Assembly (NCBI GenBank): GCA_944327365.1
Contig: CALVHI010000001.1
Coordinates: 300 to 64,299, forward strand
Source: an uncultured Bacilli bacterium
GTDB taxonomy: Bacteria; Bacillota_I; Bacilli_A; RF39; UBA660
Direction of reading: 5' to 3'
DNA length: 64,000 nt
Below are positions 1 to 8,455 of this stretch, in pieces. The first letter of the stretch is position 1; every line of letters begins with the position of its first letter. The notes under the pieces are model-generated. The model was not told the DNA's origin. It saw only the letters and a list, made by a program, of their open reading frames with translations, and made no database searches. The translations under genes were made by a program, and so were the position numbers.

Positions 1-1
1 T

Positions 2-136
2 GCCATGGGAGAGCCAGTTGGTTTTTTAGCAGTTCAATTCGTTAAAAATAAGTACAACATTTTAACTGAGCACGACAAGGATATTGTACTAAATTTAAAA
101 GAATTGATTGAAGAACAATTAGAGAAGGTGAGGTGA
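2..136 (+). CDS. 3' end of an upstream gene (partial), probably prophage-encoded; unknown function
   Basis: Open frame running in from the window edge, ending in TGA at 134-136 (...QLEKVR*). It lies immediately upstream of the holin/endolysin pair. Confidence 0.3.
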   Translation, partial: AMGEPVGFLAVQFVKNKYNILTEHDKDIVLNLKELIEEQLEKVR

Positions 137-140
137 GAAT

Positions 141-389
141 ATGGAAATAACATATGTAATAGTAATAGCTATTATCGCTTATATAGCAGGTTCAATTACT
201 AAATTGTTTGTAGATAGCATACCAAATAAATTTATACCATTACAGAACGTTCTAATTGGTATAATTTCAGGTTTACTTTGCTATTTTACAAAAATAGAGC
301 CTAACTTATTACAATCACTAGTACTTTGTATTGTAGCAACTATGGGCGCTGGTGGTATTGCAGATTTAATCAATATAAAAAATAAATAA
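141..389 (+). CDS. Putative phage holin (small two-TM membrane protein)
   Basis: 82 aa with two hydrophobic segments and a charged C-terminus (KNK). RBS AGGTGAG upstream. Sits directly upstream of a peptidoglycan hydrolase gene, the classic lysis-cassette arrangement. Confidence 0.45.
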   Translation: MEITYVIVIAIIAYIAGSITKLFVDSIPNKFIPLQNVLIGIISGLLCYFTKIEPNLLQSLVLCIVATMGAGGIADLINIKNK

Positions 390-477
390 GGAGAGTGAAT
401 AACAATGGAAGAAAAAATTGAAGTAGAATACACAATACCAGAAAATTATGTGGAAGAATATGATGAGGTGGTAGAAG

Positions 478-1233
478 ATGAGTAGAATTCTGCAAAAATA
501 TAACAACAAAATAAGCCAAAAATATAAGGCTGGCAAACATAATGGAATCGATATTATAGGTGATAATGGGAAGTCTAACAATAGCGGTTATTTAGACTAT
601 ATCGTAGCTCATACGGAAGGTGAAGTAGTAGGAGTAGTATCCAATTATGAAAAGAACAATCCAGGCTCAAGAGACTATGGAAACTATGTAAAAATCAAAC
701 ATCCAAACGGATATTATACCTTATACGCTCACATGAAATATGGCTCTGTTGCTGTTAAAAAAGGGGATAAAGTAGAAAAGGGACAAGTTATCGGTTATAT
801 GGGTAATACTGGTAATTCATACGGAGCTCACTTGCATTTTGAAGTGAGGGATACATCTGATACCAAAATAGACCCAACAAACTACATAGATGCCGATTTA
901 CCAAGCGTAGATGCTTATACTACTTTTGTACGTGATTTACAAACAGCAATTGGAGCTAATGTAGATGGCATCGCTGGACCCGAAACCTTATCCAAAACGC
1001 CAACCATATCAACAAGTACAGGATGGAATCACAAAGCAGTAAGACCACTACAAGTCTATTTACAAAGTTTGGGCTATGATTTAGGAAGCTGTGGAGTGGA
1101 TGGCAAGTTTGGTAAAGACATGAAAGCTTGTATTAAAAAATACCAAAAAGATGTTGGCCTTGCCACTAAATATCAAGACGGAATTGTTACAGCGAAGATG
1201 TACACTTGGAAGAAATTATTGAAATTAGATTAA
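478..1233 (+). CDS. M23 family peptidase with two C-terminal peptidoglycan-binding domains (endolysin-like)
   Basis: HNGIDI (HxxxD) and GAHLHFEV (HxH) M23 motifs. Two PG_binding_1-like repeats (DGIAGPETL...; GVDGKFGKDMKACIKKYQKDVGL). Confidence 0.8.
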   Translation: MSRILQKYNNKISQKYKAGKHNGIDIIGDNGKSNNSGYLDYIVAHTEGEVVGVVSNYEKNNPGSRDYGNYVKIKHPNGYYTLYAHMKYGSVAVKKGDKVEKGQVIGYMGNTGNSYGAHLHFEVRDTSDTKIDPTNYIDADLPSVDAYTTFVRDLQTAIGANVDGIAGPETLSKTPTISTSTGWNHKAVRPLQVYLQSLGYDLGSCGVDGKFGKDMKACIKKYQKDVGLATKYQDGIVTAKMYTWKKLLKLD

Positions 1234-1282
1234 AATTAAGCTATAATGAATATGGCTTAGATGTATTTTCACATTTAAAAAG

Positions 1283-1318
1283 GTATGTTAGTGTAATGCT
1301 AGCATACCTCTTTTTTGT
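1283..1318 (+). terminator. Rho-independent terminator after the endolysin gene
   Basis: Hairpin ggtatgttagtg...catacc followed by a TTTTTT run. Confidence 0.5.
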
Positions 1319-1392
1319 TGCCTCAAATAATATTTAGAAATATTTAAACGAACTAAAACGTATTTAAAAAGATTCAAAAACACCAAAAAACA

Positions 1393-1460
1393 TTAAATTT
1401 ATTAAAAAATCAATAAAATTTATTAAAAATTCAATTTTTTTATTGAAAAATTCAAAAAAG
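1393..1460. repeat. AT-rich imperfect tandem repeats (~21-24 bp, about 3 units)
   Basis: aaatttattaaaaaatcaata / aaatttattaaaaattcaatt / tttttattgaaaaattcaaaa. Confidence 0.3.
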
Positions 1461-1518
1461 AATGCTATAGTAAGAATACAAAAAAGGAAGTGCTTTGATT
1501 TTACTCTCATTTTTTGTG

Positions 1519-1692
1519 TAATATTATGATTTTCTAACATAATATTAGTAAGAATAGGTTAGGGTGTAAATTTTCTTCTTGCACTAACGCCTCGAAAGGG
1601 GTTTGAGTAGGATTTATCCGAAAGAATACATGTAGGACTGGGAGACTACACCTATTCTAAAAGCCCATAACTTAATGTTGTGGGCTATTTTT
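1519..1692 (+). ncRNA. Candidate structured RNA or leader: promoter-proximal AT hairpin, 9-bp long-range inverted repeat, terminator-like hairpin
   Basis: Putative promoter TTGATT (1495-1500) / TAATAT (1519-1524). Inverted repeat taatattatg / cataatatta (1519-1528 / 1538-1547). AGAATAGGT (1551-1559) pairs with ACCTATTCT (1650-1658) around a GC-richer core. Hairpin AGCCCATAAC...GTTGTGGGCT followed by ATTTTT at 1662-1692. Confidence 0.25.
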
Positions 1693-2103
1693 ATGAAAGT
1701 AGTGTGGGTTAAATTGGCAAAAAGAAGAATTAATAAAATAGTAGGAAGAATATCTGATGAAGTAGTAGAACGGTATGAATTATATGATTATCGCGGTCAA
1801 GAGATAGTACAATCACTTGATTTGTATTTGCATATTGCAAAACATATCCCTGAATTTGAAAGTGTCGATAGTTATAATAATACTATTTCAAATATATCAA
1901 ATATAATTGCTAATCCCTATTTTGTCTATTATGACCCTCATAGAAATTCTTTGATGTATTTTAAAGAAATAGATGAAAATGTTTGTGTTGTTGTAAAATT
2001 GAATTTAAGAAAAAATAAAGATACTTATATTTCTACAATTTACCCAATTAGTAAAAATAAAATTGATAGATACATAGAAGCAAGTTATATTTTAAATAGG
2101 TAA
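1693..2103 (+). CDS. Hypothetical protein
   Basis: ORF. Start moved to ATG 1693 (MKVV...) because the tracked start at 1675 lies inside the terminator-like hairpin. Confidence 0.4.
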   Translation: MKVVWVKLAKRRINKIVGRISDEVVERYELYDYRGQEIVQSLDLYLHIAKHIPEFESVDSYNNTISNISNIIANPYFVYYDPHRNSLMYFKEIDENVCVVVKLNLRKNKDTYISTIYPISKNKIDRYIEASYILNR

Positions 2104-2111
2104 ATTAAAAA

Positions 2112-2570
2112 TTACAAATAATTAATCTTAAATATCTCAATAAACTCATCAATAGATTTATGGTAATACTCCATAAATCTTTTTTGTGCTATGACATGCC
2201 AATATTCTTGCCATTCCTTGTTTCTATGCATTTCAATATGGTGTGAAGAACAGAGTGGAATCACGCAACCATACTTAATAGAATTAAGTCTATTTCTTCC
2301 AAAAAACACTTCATGTAAATGATCTTTCTTAGATCCACATATAACGCAATGGTCTAAATCGTTAGTTAATATACTAAATCTATCTCTTTCTAATTTAGCT
2401 TGCTTGCTTGTTCTATTTTTCAATTTGGTAGAATTCGATCTAATTAAATATTCTTTATATTTACAATTACTGCATTCTGATATCTTGATATCTCTTTTTA
2501 ATTTTTTACAGTAAAGTTTTCTATTTAATTTTTGCTTTAAGTTTTTACAATTCATATATTTAAAACTCAA
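2112..2570 (-). CDS. Cys/His-rich zinc-finger (HNH-like) protein, probably phage-derived
   Basis: CxxC...HxxxxH...CxxC...HH pattern in a 152-aa basic protein (CSNCKYKEY; HCVICGSKKDHLHEVFF; CSSHHIEMH). Confidence 0.4.
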   Translation of the reverse strand: MSFKYMNCKNLKQKLNRKLYCKKLKRDIKISECSNCKYKEYLIRSNSTKLKNRTSKQAKLERDRFSILTNDLDHCVICGSKKDHLHEVFFGRNRLNSIKYGCVIPLCSSHHIEMHRNKEWQEYWHVIAQKRFMEYYHKSIDEFIEIFKINYL

Positions 2571-2636
2571 GTCGGAGTAATTTTGGGAGTAACAAAAGAA
2601 AAAAGCCCTTAAAATAAGAGCTTTTTAAACACTAAA

Positions 2637-2723
2637 TGGTGCCTGTGGTGGGACTCGAACCCACACGATATTGCTACCACTGGATTTTGAGTCCAGCGCG
2701 TCTACCAATTCCGCCACACAGGC
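2637..2723 (-). tRNA. tRNA-Leu (anticodon CAA), long variable arm
   Basis: Reverse complement folds as GCCTGTG acceptor stem, D-arm GCGGAATTGGTAGACGC, anticodon loop CTCAAAA, long variable arm, T-arm GGTTCGAGTCC, 3' ACCA. Confidence 0.9.
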
Positions 2724-2809
2724 AAATAACAAAATAATTATAACACAAAAAGGCAAAATGCACTAGATAAAATACCTAATTTTAGTATATAATAATAAAG
2801 TGATGATAT

Positions 2810-3400
2810 ATGATATTAATGTCTATTTTGTTATTAATCTTATTTTTAATATGGTCTATCCTAATGAAAAAAGGATATTTAATTAAATTAGATCAGAGCT
2901 TTTATAATATTATTCATATAGCCCAATATAAAACGATACTATTGATATGTATAACATTTCTAGCCAGTGCTAAATTTATCGCTTTCCTCTGCCTATGTTC
3001 TTTCATTTTTTTACAAAACAAAGCAATGTCTTTAATAATAATCATAAATATACTAATCATGTGGGGATTAATTGGAATATTAAAAAACATATTCAAAAGA
3101 GAAAGGCCAAACATAAATCGCCTAGTAAAAGAAAAAGGATATAGCTATCCATCAGGGCACACCATGACAGCTTTAATATTTTATGGATTACTAATCTTCT
3201 TTTTAATCTTAAGTAGTTTATTTCTACCAATTAAGATCTTTTTAATTCTTGTCTTATGCATTCTGATTTTATTTGTAGCTTATTCTCGTATTTATTTAGG
3301 TGTTCATTATTTAAGTGATGTAATAGGAGCACTATTTTTTGGCAGTGGCTACATTTTATTATACATTTACTTTACTTATTTTGTCTTAAATGTTTTATAA
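2810..3400 (+). CDS. PAP2 family phosphatase (undecaprenyl-diphosphatase-like)
   Basis: PAP2 motifs KRERPN...PSGHT...SRIYLGVHYLSDV in a polytopic membrane protein. Confidence 0.7.
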   Translation: MILMSILLLILFLIWSILMKKGYLIKLDQSFYNIIHIAQYKTILLICITFLASAKFIAFLCLCSFIFLQNKAMSLIIIINILIMWGLIGILKNIFKRERPNINRLVKEKGYSYPSGHTMTALIFYGLLIFFLILSSLFLPIKIFLILVLCILILFVAYSRIYLGVHYLSDVIGALFFGSGYILLYIYFTYFVLNVL

Positions 3401-3455
3401 ATTTTTCTTATTTTCAATAATATGATATAATAAAAGCAGATTAAGGAGAGGCAAT

Positions 3456-4880
3456 ATGACCAAAAGAAAAGAAAAAATAATTCCATTTTTTAAATTTTTA
3501 ACAATTGCTATGGCAATCATCACAATAATTACTTTAGGATTATTTAAATTTATTGATATTTTACCAGGAGAATATTTCTTAGTATTATGTATTTTATTAA
3601 TTTTATTTGCAGCAATTTTTTCTTCTCTAATATTAGCAAAAAGAGGAGTTAAGAAAAGAGCGATAGGCACAGTTCTTTCTATTTTATATATTATTTTATT
3701 AGTTTTAATTATTATCTATGAATTAAATACAATTGGTTTTTTGAAAAAATTAGGCTTTCCTAATTACAAAACAGAAAACTACAGTGTTTTAGTATTAGAA
3801 AATAGTAATATTGAAGAATTAAAAAATTTAGATAAAAAAACCATAGGAAGTTTAGAATTTAATTCAGAAGGACTTAAAAAGGCCAAAAAACACATTGAAA
3901 AAGATATTTCACCTGAATTTATCACGAATGATAATATAACAGAGTTAAAAGAAACATTTTTGGCAAATGAAGTAGAAGGAATGTTAATTGAAAATTCTAT
4001 ACTTACCTTAATCAATGAAAGTGATCCAAAATTTAATAAAGAATACAAAGTAATTGATGAATTTTCTATCGATATCCAAACTGAAGATACAGCTGAAGAA
4101 GTTGATATAACCCAACAAGCTTTTAATGTCTATATCTCAGGAATAGATACTTATGGTTTGGTAAGTAGTGTATCTCGTAGTGATGTAAACATGGTAATAA
4201 CAGTTAATCCCAAAACTCATAAAATTCTTATTACTTCAATTCCAAGAGATTACTACGTAACATTAGCAAGTAAAAATGCCAAAGATAAATTAACTCATGC
4301 TGGAATATATGGTATTGAAGAAAGTGTAGCGACCATAGAAAATTTATTAGACATTGAAATTAATTATAATGTAAAAGTAAATTTTAGCTCAGTTATAGAT
4401 ATTGTTGATGCATTAGGAGGTGTAAATGTTTATTCTAAATATAGTTTTACTTCTCAAGATGGCTATGCATTTACCAAAGGTTATAACTTTGTTGATGGAA
4501 AAAAAGCTTTATCGTTTGTAAGAGAGCGTAAAAGCTTTAATGGTGGTGATAGAGTAAGAGTAGAAAATCAAGCAGCAATGATTGAAGCGATAATTAATAA
4601 AGCGATAAGCCCATCAATTATTACCAAATACACAAGTTTATTAAATGCTTTATCAGGGTCATTCATGACAAACCTAGAAACTAATGATATAACAGAATTT
4701 ATTAAGATGCAAATAGATAAAATGCCTAGTTGGGAAATAGAAAATATTAGTTTAAATGGTACAGATGCTCTAGATTATACATATTCTTATGGTGGAACAA
4801 AACTATATGTTATGTACCCAGATAATGAAACAGTAATAAATGCAACTACAAAAATAAATGAAGTTTTAAATTCCAACTAA
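3456..4880 (+). CDS. LytR-CpsA-Psr (LCP) family cell-envelope phosphotransferase
   Basis: N-terminal TM segment. LCP core NMVITVNPKTHKILITSIPRDYYV...THAGIYG...FVRER. Confidence 0.85.
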   Translation: MTKRKEKIIPFFKFLTIAMAIITIITLGLFKFIDILPGEYFLVLCILLILFAAIFSSLILAKRGVKKRAIGTVLSILYIILLVLIIIYELNTIGFLKKLGFPNYKTENYSVLVLENSNIEELKNLDKKTIGSLEFNSEGLKKAKKHIEKDISPEFITNDNITELKETFLANEVEGMLIENSILTLINESDPKFNKEYKVIDEFSIDIQTEDTAEEVDITQQAFNVYISGIDTYGLVSSVSRSDVNMVITVNPKTHKILITSIPRDYYVTLASKNAKDKLTHAGIYGIEESVATIENLLDIEINYNVKVNFSSVIDIVDALGGVNVYSKYSFTSQDGYAFTKGYNFVDGKKALSFVRERKSFNGGDRVRVENQAAMIEAIINKAISPSIITKYTSLLNALSGSFMTNLETNDITEFIKMQIDKMPSWEIENISLNGTDALDYTYSYGGTKLYVMYPDNETVINATTKINEVLNSN

Positions 4881-4881
4881 A

Positions 4882-4914
4882 AAAGGATTACGAAAAGTAG
4901 TCCTTTATTTTTGC
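4882..4914 (+). terminator. Rho-independent terminator after the LCP gene
   Basis: AAGGATTAC gaaaa GTAGTCCTT followed by a T-rich tract. Confidence 0.4.
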
Positions 4915-4917
4915 TTT

Positions 4918-5181
4918 ATAGGAAAACACTTTCAATAGAATTTATGCGCATAAATACATATTCGTACATTCTACAGAAAATAAATACCGTTTGGCTATCC
5001 AGATTTTGCTTCATATAGAATACTTTGATATCTTTTGGCCAATTTATCAGGGATGATTATAATGAAAATGCATAGAGCTTATCAATTTCATTTATATTTA
5101 AATAAGGAAGTTAAGATAAAAGGATATTAAGGTCTGTGGTGTAAAAAATACAGCAAAACAACATAAGTTAATTCTTATGTT
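4918..5181 (+). mobile_element. Miniature IS200/IS605-derived element (TnpB remnant), copy 1
   Basis: Left end TATAGGAAAACAC. Decayed TnpB N-terminus MKMHRAYQFHLYLNKE. Right end ggtctgtggtgtaaaaaatacagcaaaacaacataagttaattcTTATGTT. Homologous to the copies at 25268 and 30246. Confidence 0.55.
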
Positions 5182-6003
5182 TTATAAGCGAAAAAAATTA
5201 ATAGATGGTTGATTAAAAAGTCTAAATCCAAAATTTTGAGTCCCAATTCCATTAGAAATATAAAGCTTTTTTCCCTCTACTTCATAATATTCATTAATGT
5301 AAGTATTCGCTCCATCACGCTTAATGATCCCTCCTAAAAAAGGTATTTTAATTTGTCCACCCAAAGAATGGCCTGCTAAAACAAGGTTACTGTTAGGAAT
5401 ATTTTTGATTAAATCAGGCTTATGCATAATTGTAATCGTATAATAATTGGGATTATATAAGTCATCAATATCTTTAGAATGACTCAAGCCAACAAATTGT
5501 ATAGGCTCACTACATTGATCATAAACTAGCTTTACTTCATTATCTAATAATATAAAATTACTATCTTCTAAAATAGTTTGATAAACGTCCAAATAGGCTT
5601 CATCATGATCACCAATAACAGCAAACTTAAATAGGCGAGCTTCTAACTGATCAAGATATTTTGTTAGTAAGCTCACATCCTCATCTGAAACATTTTTAGA
5701 TTCAAATAGATCTCCAGTAAAGACAATAATATCAGGATTTATCAAATTAATTTCTTGAACTAGTTTTTTAATATCATCTATAAAAGTTGTCATCCCGTAA
5801 TGTAAATCTGAAAAATGTACAATCTTAAGTCCTTGATAAGCTTGATTTAGCTCTTCATCATAAATGGCTATTTCATGAACTTTTAATCCATGAGTATTTA
5901 TATATTTAGCATAAACAAAAAGAAGGGCAAAGAAAATAATTACAAAAACCAAAACCTTAATAAATCTTCTTGGCTTTACTTTAACCTTAACACTCTTATT
6001 CAT
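5182..6003 (-). CDS. Membrane-anchored metallophosphoesterase (calcineurin-like)
   Basis: N-terminal TM segment. Motifs HFSDLHYG, GDLF, GDHD, GHSLGGQ. Confidence 0.75.
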   Translation of the reverse strand: MNKSVKVKVKPRRFIKVLVFVIIFFALLFVYAKYINTHGLKVHEIAIYDEELNQAYQGLKIVHFSDLHYGMTTFIDDIKKLVQEINLINPDIIVFTGDLFESKNVSDEDVSLLTKYLDQLEARLFKFAVIGDHDEAYLDVYQTILEDSNFILLDNEVKLVYDQCSEPIQFVGLSHSKDIDDLYNPNYYTITIMHKPDLIKNIPNSNLVLAGHSLGGQIKIPFLGGIIKRDGANTYINEYYEVEGKKLYISNGIGTQNFGFRLFNQPSINFFRL

Positions 6004-6007
6004 AATA

Positions 6008-6733
6008 TCACCCTAACGTATTCAAAATAAGAAGCAAGATAACACACACCCCATTATGAATCATGTGAACAAGATAAGAAGTATAAATGTTATCGGTTTC
6101 AAAAAAAGCCTTACCAAAGAAAAAACCTAAAGCACTATAAGGAAGCAGATAAAGAAGTTCTAAAAAATCACCGGTAGTAAAAAAAGACAAAATATGTGCA
6201 GAGCCAAAAATAAGTGCTGTTACAAGAGCAAATAAGTACCATTTATTAAATGCTTTCTTAAAACTAGCCCTAAAGGTGATCTCTTCTATTAATGGTCCTA
6301 AAAAAACCATAGTAATAAAACTACTAACTGGATAACTAGCTATTAGATTTCTATTAGCTTCTTCATTGCTAGCAATTCCTCCAACAACACTCGATATAAT
6401 AAGATTACATATAAACATAACACCTATACCAATAATCCAATTCTTAAGTGCCACCCCAACATAATCTCCTTTAAAGCTTTTAAAATCATGAATTAATCTT
6501 TTATGATAAATAATTCCCAGTACACAAAGCAATACAACATAAAGACAAATCTGTGCTAAACTAGCAACAACAATATTATCATGATAATAAAACTTCCCAA
6601 TAAGTCTACCCATAATAAGACTAATCACATAATAAAGAAGAACAGTTCCTAATCCCTTAAAAAATTCTAATATTTTTATTTCTTTACTATCCACCATCAT
6701 CAACTCTTTCTCTATAAATATAACATAAAACAA
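6008..6733 (-). CDS. CPBP family intramembrane glutamic endopeptidase (CAAX protease, Abi-like)
   Basis: Polytopic membrane protein with EEITFR and FGSAHI motifs. Confidence 0.75.
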   Translation of the reverse strand: MFYVIFIEKELMMVDSKEIKILEFFKGLGTVLLYYVISLIMGRLIGKFYYHDNIVVASLAQICLYVVLLCVLGIIYHKRLIHDFKSFKGDYVGVALKNWIIGIGVMFICNLIISSVVGGIASNEEANRNLIASYPVSSFITMVFLGPLIEEITFRASFKKAFNKWYLFALVTALIFGSAHILSFFTTGDFLELLYLLPYSALGFFFGKAFFETDNIYTSYLVHMIHNGVCVILLLILNTLG

Positions 6734-6871
6734 GATAAAAATACAACATTTTAAATCATAAATATCAATATTTAAAATGAATTTGACAAAAATGTAAATG
6801 TCGATATTGATATTTTACGAAAAATTAGTTATAATAAATAATAGAAAGAAAAATAAAGGAGGAAATAATAT

Positions 6872-7138
6872 ATGAAAGAAGCGACTGGAGAATTAAACAT
6901 GACAGTTGTTACAGTAGTAGCAATCGCAGCCGTAGCAGCATTCTTCTATGCGTTTGTATGGCCAGGCATTCAAAACTCTATTAAAGCTAGTACTTATTGT
7001 GCAATGGCAAATTGTGATGATGGACTAGATAAATGTACATACGTTGATGAAGAAGGAGATACTCAAACGGTAGATTGTACGAATTACTTTTCAGAGAATG
7101 GCGCTGGCGGAAGCGCTGGTGGAAACGCAGCTAGTTAA
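6872..7138 (+). CDS. Small pilin-like protein: MKEATGELN leader, one hydrophobic helix, four Cys
   Basis: Conserved N-terminus MKEATGELN shared with the next gene. TM helix. Cys-rich, Gly-rich C-terminus. Strong RBS AGGAGG. Confidence 0.4.
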   Translation: MKEATGELNMTVVTVVAIAAVAAFFYAFVWPGIQNSIKASTYCAMANCDDGLDKCTYVDEEGDTQTVDCTNYFSENGAGGSAGGNAAS

Positions 7139-7160
7139 TTAAAAACGGAGGATAAGTTAA

Positions 7161-7403
7161 ATGAAAGAGGCAACAGGAGAACTTAATTTAACTGTAATTG
7201 TTGTAACGATAGTGGCTTTGTTGTCCTTTTTTTTCTTTTCGGTAATTTGGCCTACAATCCGAAGTAATTTTTCACAAAATACGAGATGTGATGAGGCAGT
7301 TTGCCCCAAAGCAGGAACAACTCCTCGAAATGGTGAGGCAATCTGTACTTATCGCGATGAAGATGGAACACAGCATGATATTACATGCGCTTGGAAAGGT
7401 TAA
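7161..7403 (+). CDS. Small pilin-like protein, paralog of 6872..7138
   Basis: MKEATGELNLTVIVV... with four Cys. RBS GGAGGA. Confidence 0.4.
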   Translation: MKEATGELNLTVIVVTIVALLSFFFFSVIWPTIRSNFSQNTRCDEAVCPKAGTTPRNGEAICTYRDEDGTQHDITCAWKG

Positions 7404-7418
7404 TTAAAGGTGGTATAA

Positions 7419-7955
7419 ATGAAAGAGGCAATAGGTGGAATATCATTATTTAATATTGTTATTGTCTTTGTTTTACTTTTTGCCGGTTATATCAGCATGT
7501 CAATTAACTATTCTAAGGCATATAATGTTAAAAATGAAATCTTAAATATTATTCGGAATCAAGGAGGAGTATGTACAGCGTCTCAACCCAATAACACCAA
7601 TAATTGTTATAATTTTGCTTCTCAAATCACAGATTATTTTAGAGAAGCAAACTATCGGAGCACGGGTACATGTGACATAGATGAAGGATGGGTTGGATAC
7701 AATCGTGAAGGGCAAATTGATTATAATAATTCTGCTTTTTGTGTGAAAGCAATAAAAGTTAATACAAACTCAGAACTTCCCAATGCCCTATATTATCAAA
7801 TAAAAGTGTTTTATCAATTAGATCTCCCAATTATTAGAAGTGTCTTTGACTTAACCATATATGGAGAAACAGCGAGAATTTATGATCCGAATGAATGCAA
7901 AGACCAAATTGGAGACCCAAGTCGATACCCATGGTGTAGAGGAGTGAGATCATGA
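7419..7955 (+). CDS. TadE-like/pseudopilin-like protein (putative)
   Basis: N-terminus MKEAIGG + hydrophobic helix + FAGYISMSINYSKAYNVKNEI, resembling the TadE N-terminal region. Extracellular Cys-containing domain. Confidence 0.35.
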   Translation: MKEAIGGISLFNIVIVFVLLFAGYISMSINYSKAYNVKNEILNIIRNQGGVCTASQPNNTNNCYNFASQITDYFREANYRSTGTCDIDEGWVGYNREGQIDYNNSAFCVKAIKVNTNSELPNALYYQIKVFYQLDLPIIRSVFDLTIYGETARIYDPNECKDQIGDPSRYPWCRGVRS

Positions 7956-8440
7956 GGAATTCAATTGGAGGAACATGGATTATTCAGCTGATGATCTTAT
8001 TTATACTTTTGTTTGTAGGATTTATGATTTTAACTCTAAATTATTCCCGCTCAGTGAAAATTAAAAATGAAATGATTGATATGTTCGAAAAATACGAAGG
8101 GTTAAATGATACATCTATAGAATTAGTAAACAATTATTTAACTTATTCCACATATAGTACAACAGGAATATGCGTAGAGGAAGGGGAAGATGCAACAGGG
8201 ATCTACGGATCAAGAGATCTATCAAGCTTTTATTTGGAAGAAGCCAAGGAAGGATTAGATTATTATTATTGTGTTAAAAAATATGATGGAGCCAATACAA
8301 CAAATTACTATCAAATTACTATTTTTTATCGTTTTAACTTACCAATTCTCGGTAATATATCAAGTTTTTCAATAAAGGGAAGTACTAGTAACTTTCAATC
8401 AAAAGATAATGATAATTATAAAAAAGCTATAGGAGATTAG
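7952..8440 (+). CDS. TadE-like/pseudopilin-like protein (putative), paralog of 7419..7955
   Basis: MRNSIGG + helix + FVGFMILTLNYSRSVKIKNEM. Start overlaps the previous stop (ATGA). Confidence 0.35.
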   Translation: MRNSIGGTWIIQLMILFILLFVGFMILTLNYSRSVKIKNEMIDMFEKYEGLNDTSIELVNNYLTYSTYSTTGICVEEGEDATGIYGSRDLSSFYLEEAKEGLDYYYCVKKYDGANTTNYYQITIFYRFNLPILGNISSFSIKGSTSNFQSKDNDNYKKAIGD

Positions 8441-8455
8441 AAAGAAGGAATAAAT

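Noticed and set aside
366-581. 71-aa minus-strand ORF spanning the holin/endolysin junction
   Set aside because: Hydrophobic low-complexity translation antisense to the lysis cassette; no support.
1675-1695. Tracked start of ORF 1675..2103
   Set aside because: The first six codons form the stem of a terminator-like hairpin (AGCCCATAAC...GTTGTGGGCT). The ATG at 1693 just after the T-run is more plausible.
2112-2570. Zinc-finger protein as a transposase/IS
   Set aside because: No DDE or HUH motifs and no terminal repeats. More consistent with a small phage HNH/zinc-ribbon protein.
6872-7403. Small Cys-containing proteins as class II bacteriocin precursors with double-glycine leaders, CPBP as immunity
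   Set aside because: No 15-25-aa leader ending in GG. The N-terminus is a short polar stretch followed directly by a TM helix, which is more pilin- or membrane-protein-like. Kept only as a weak alternative in the findings.
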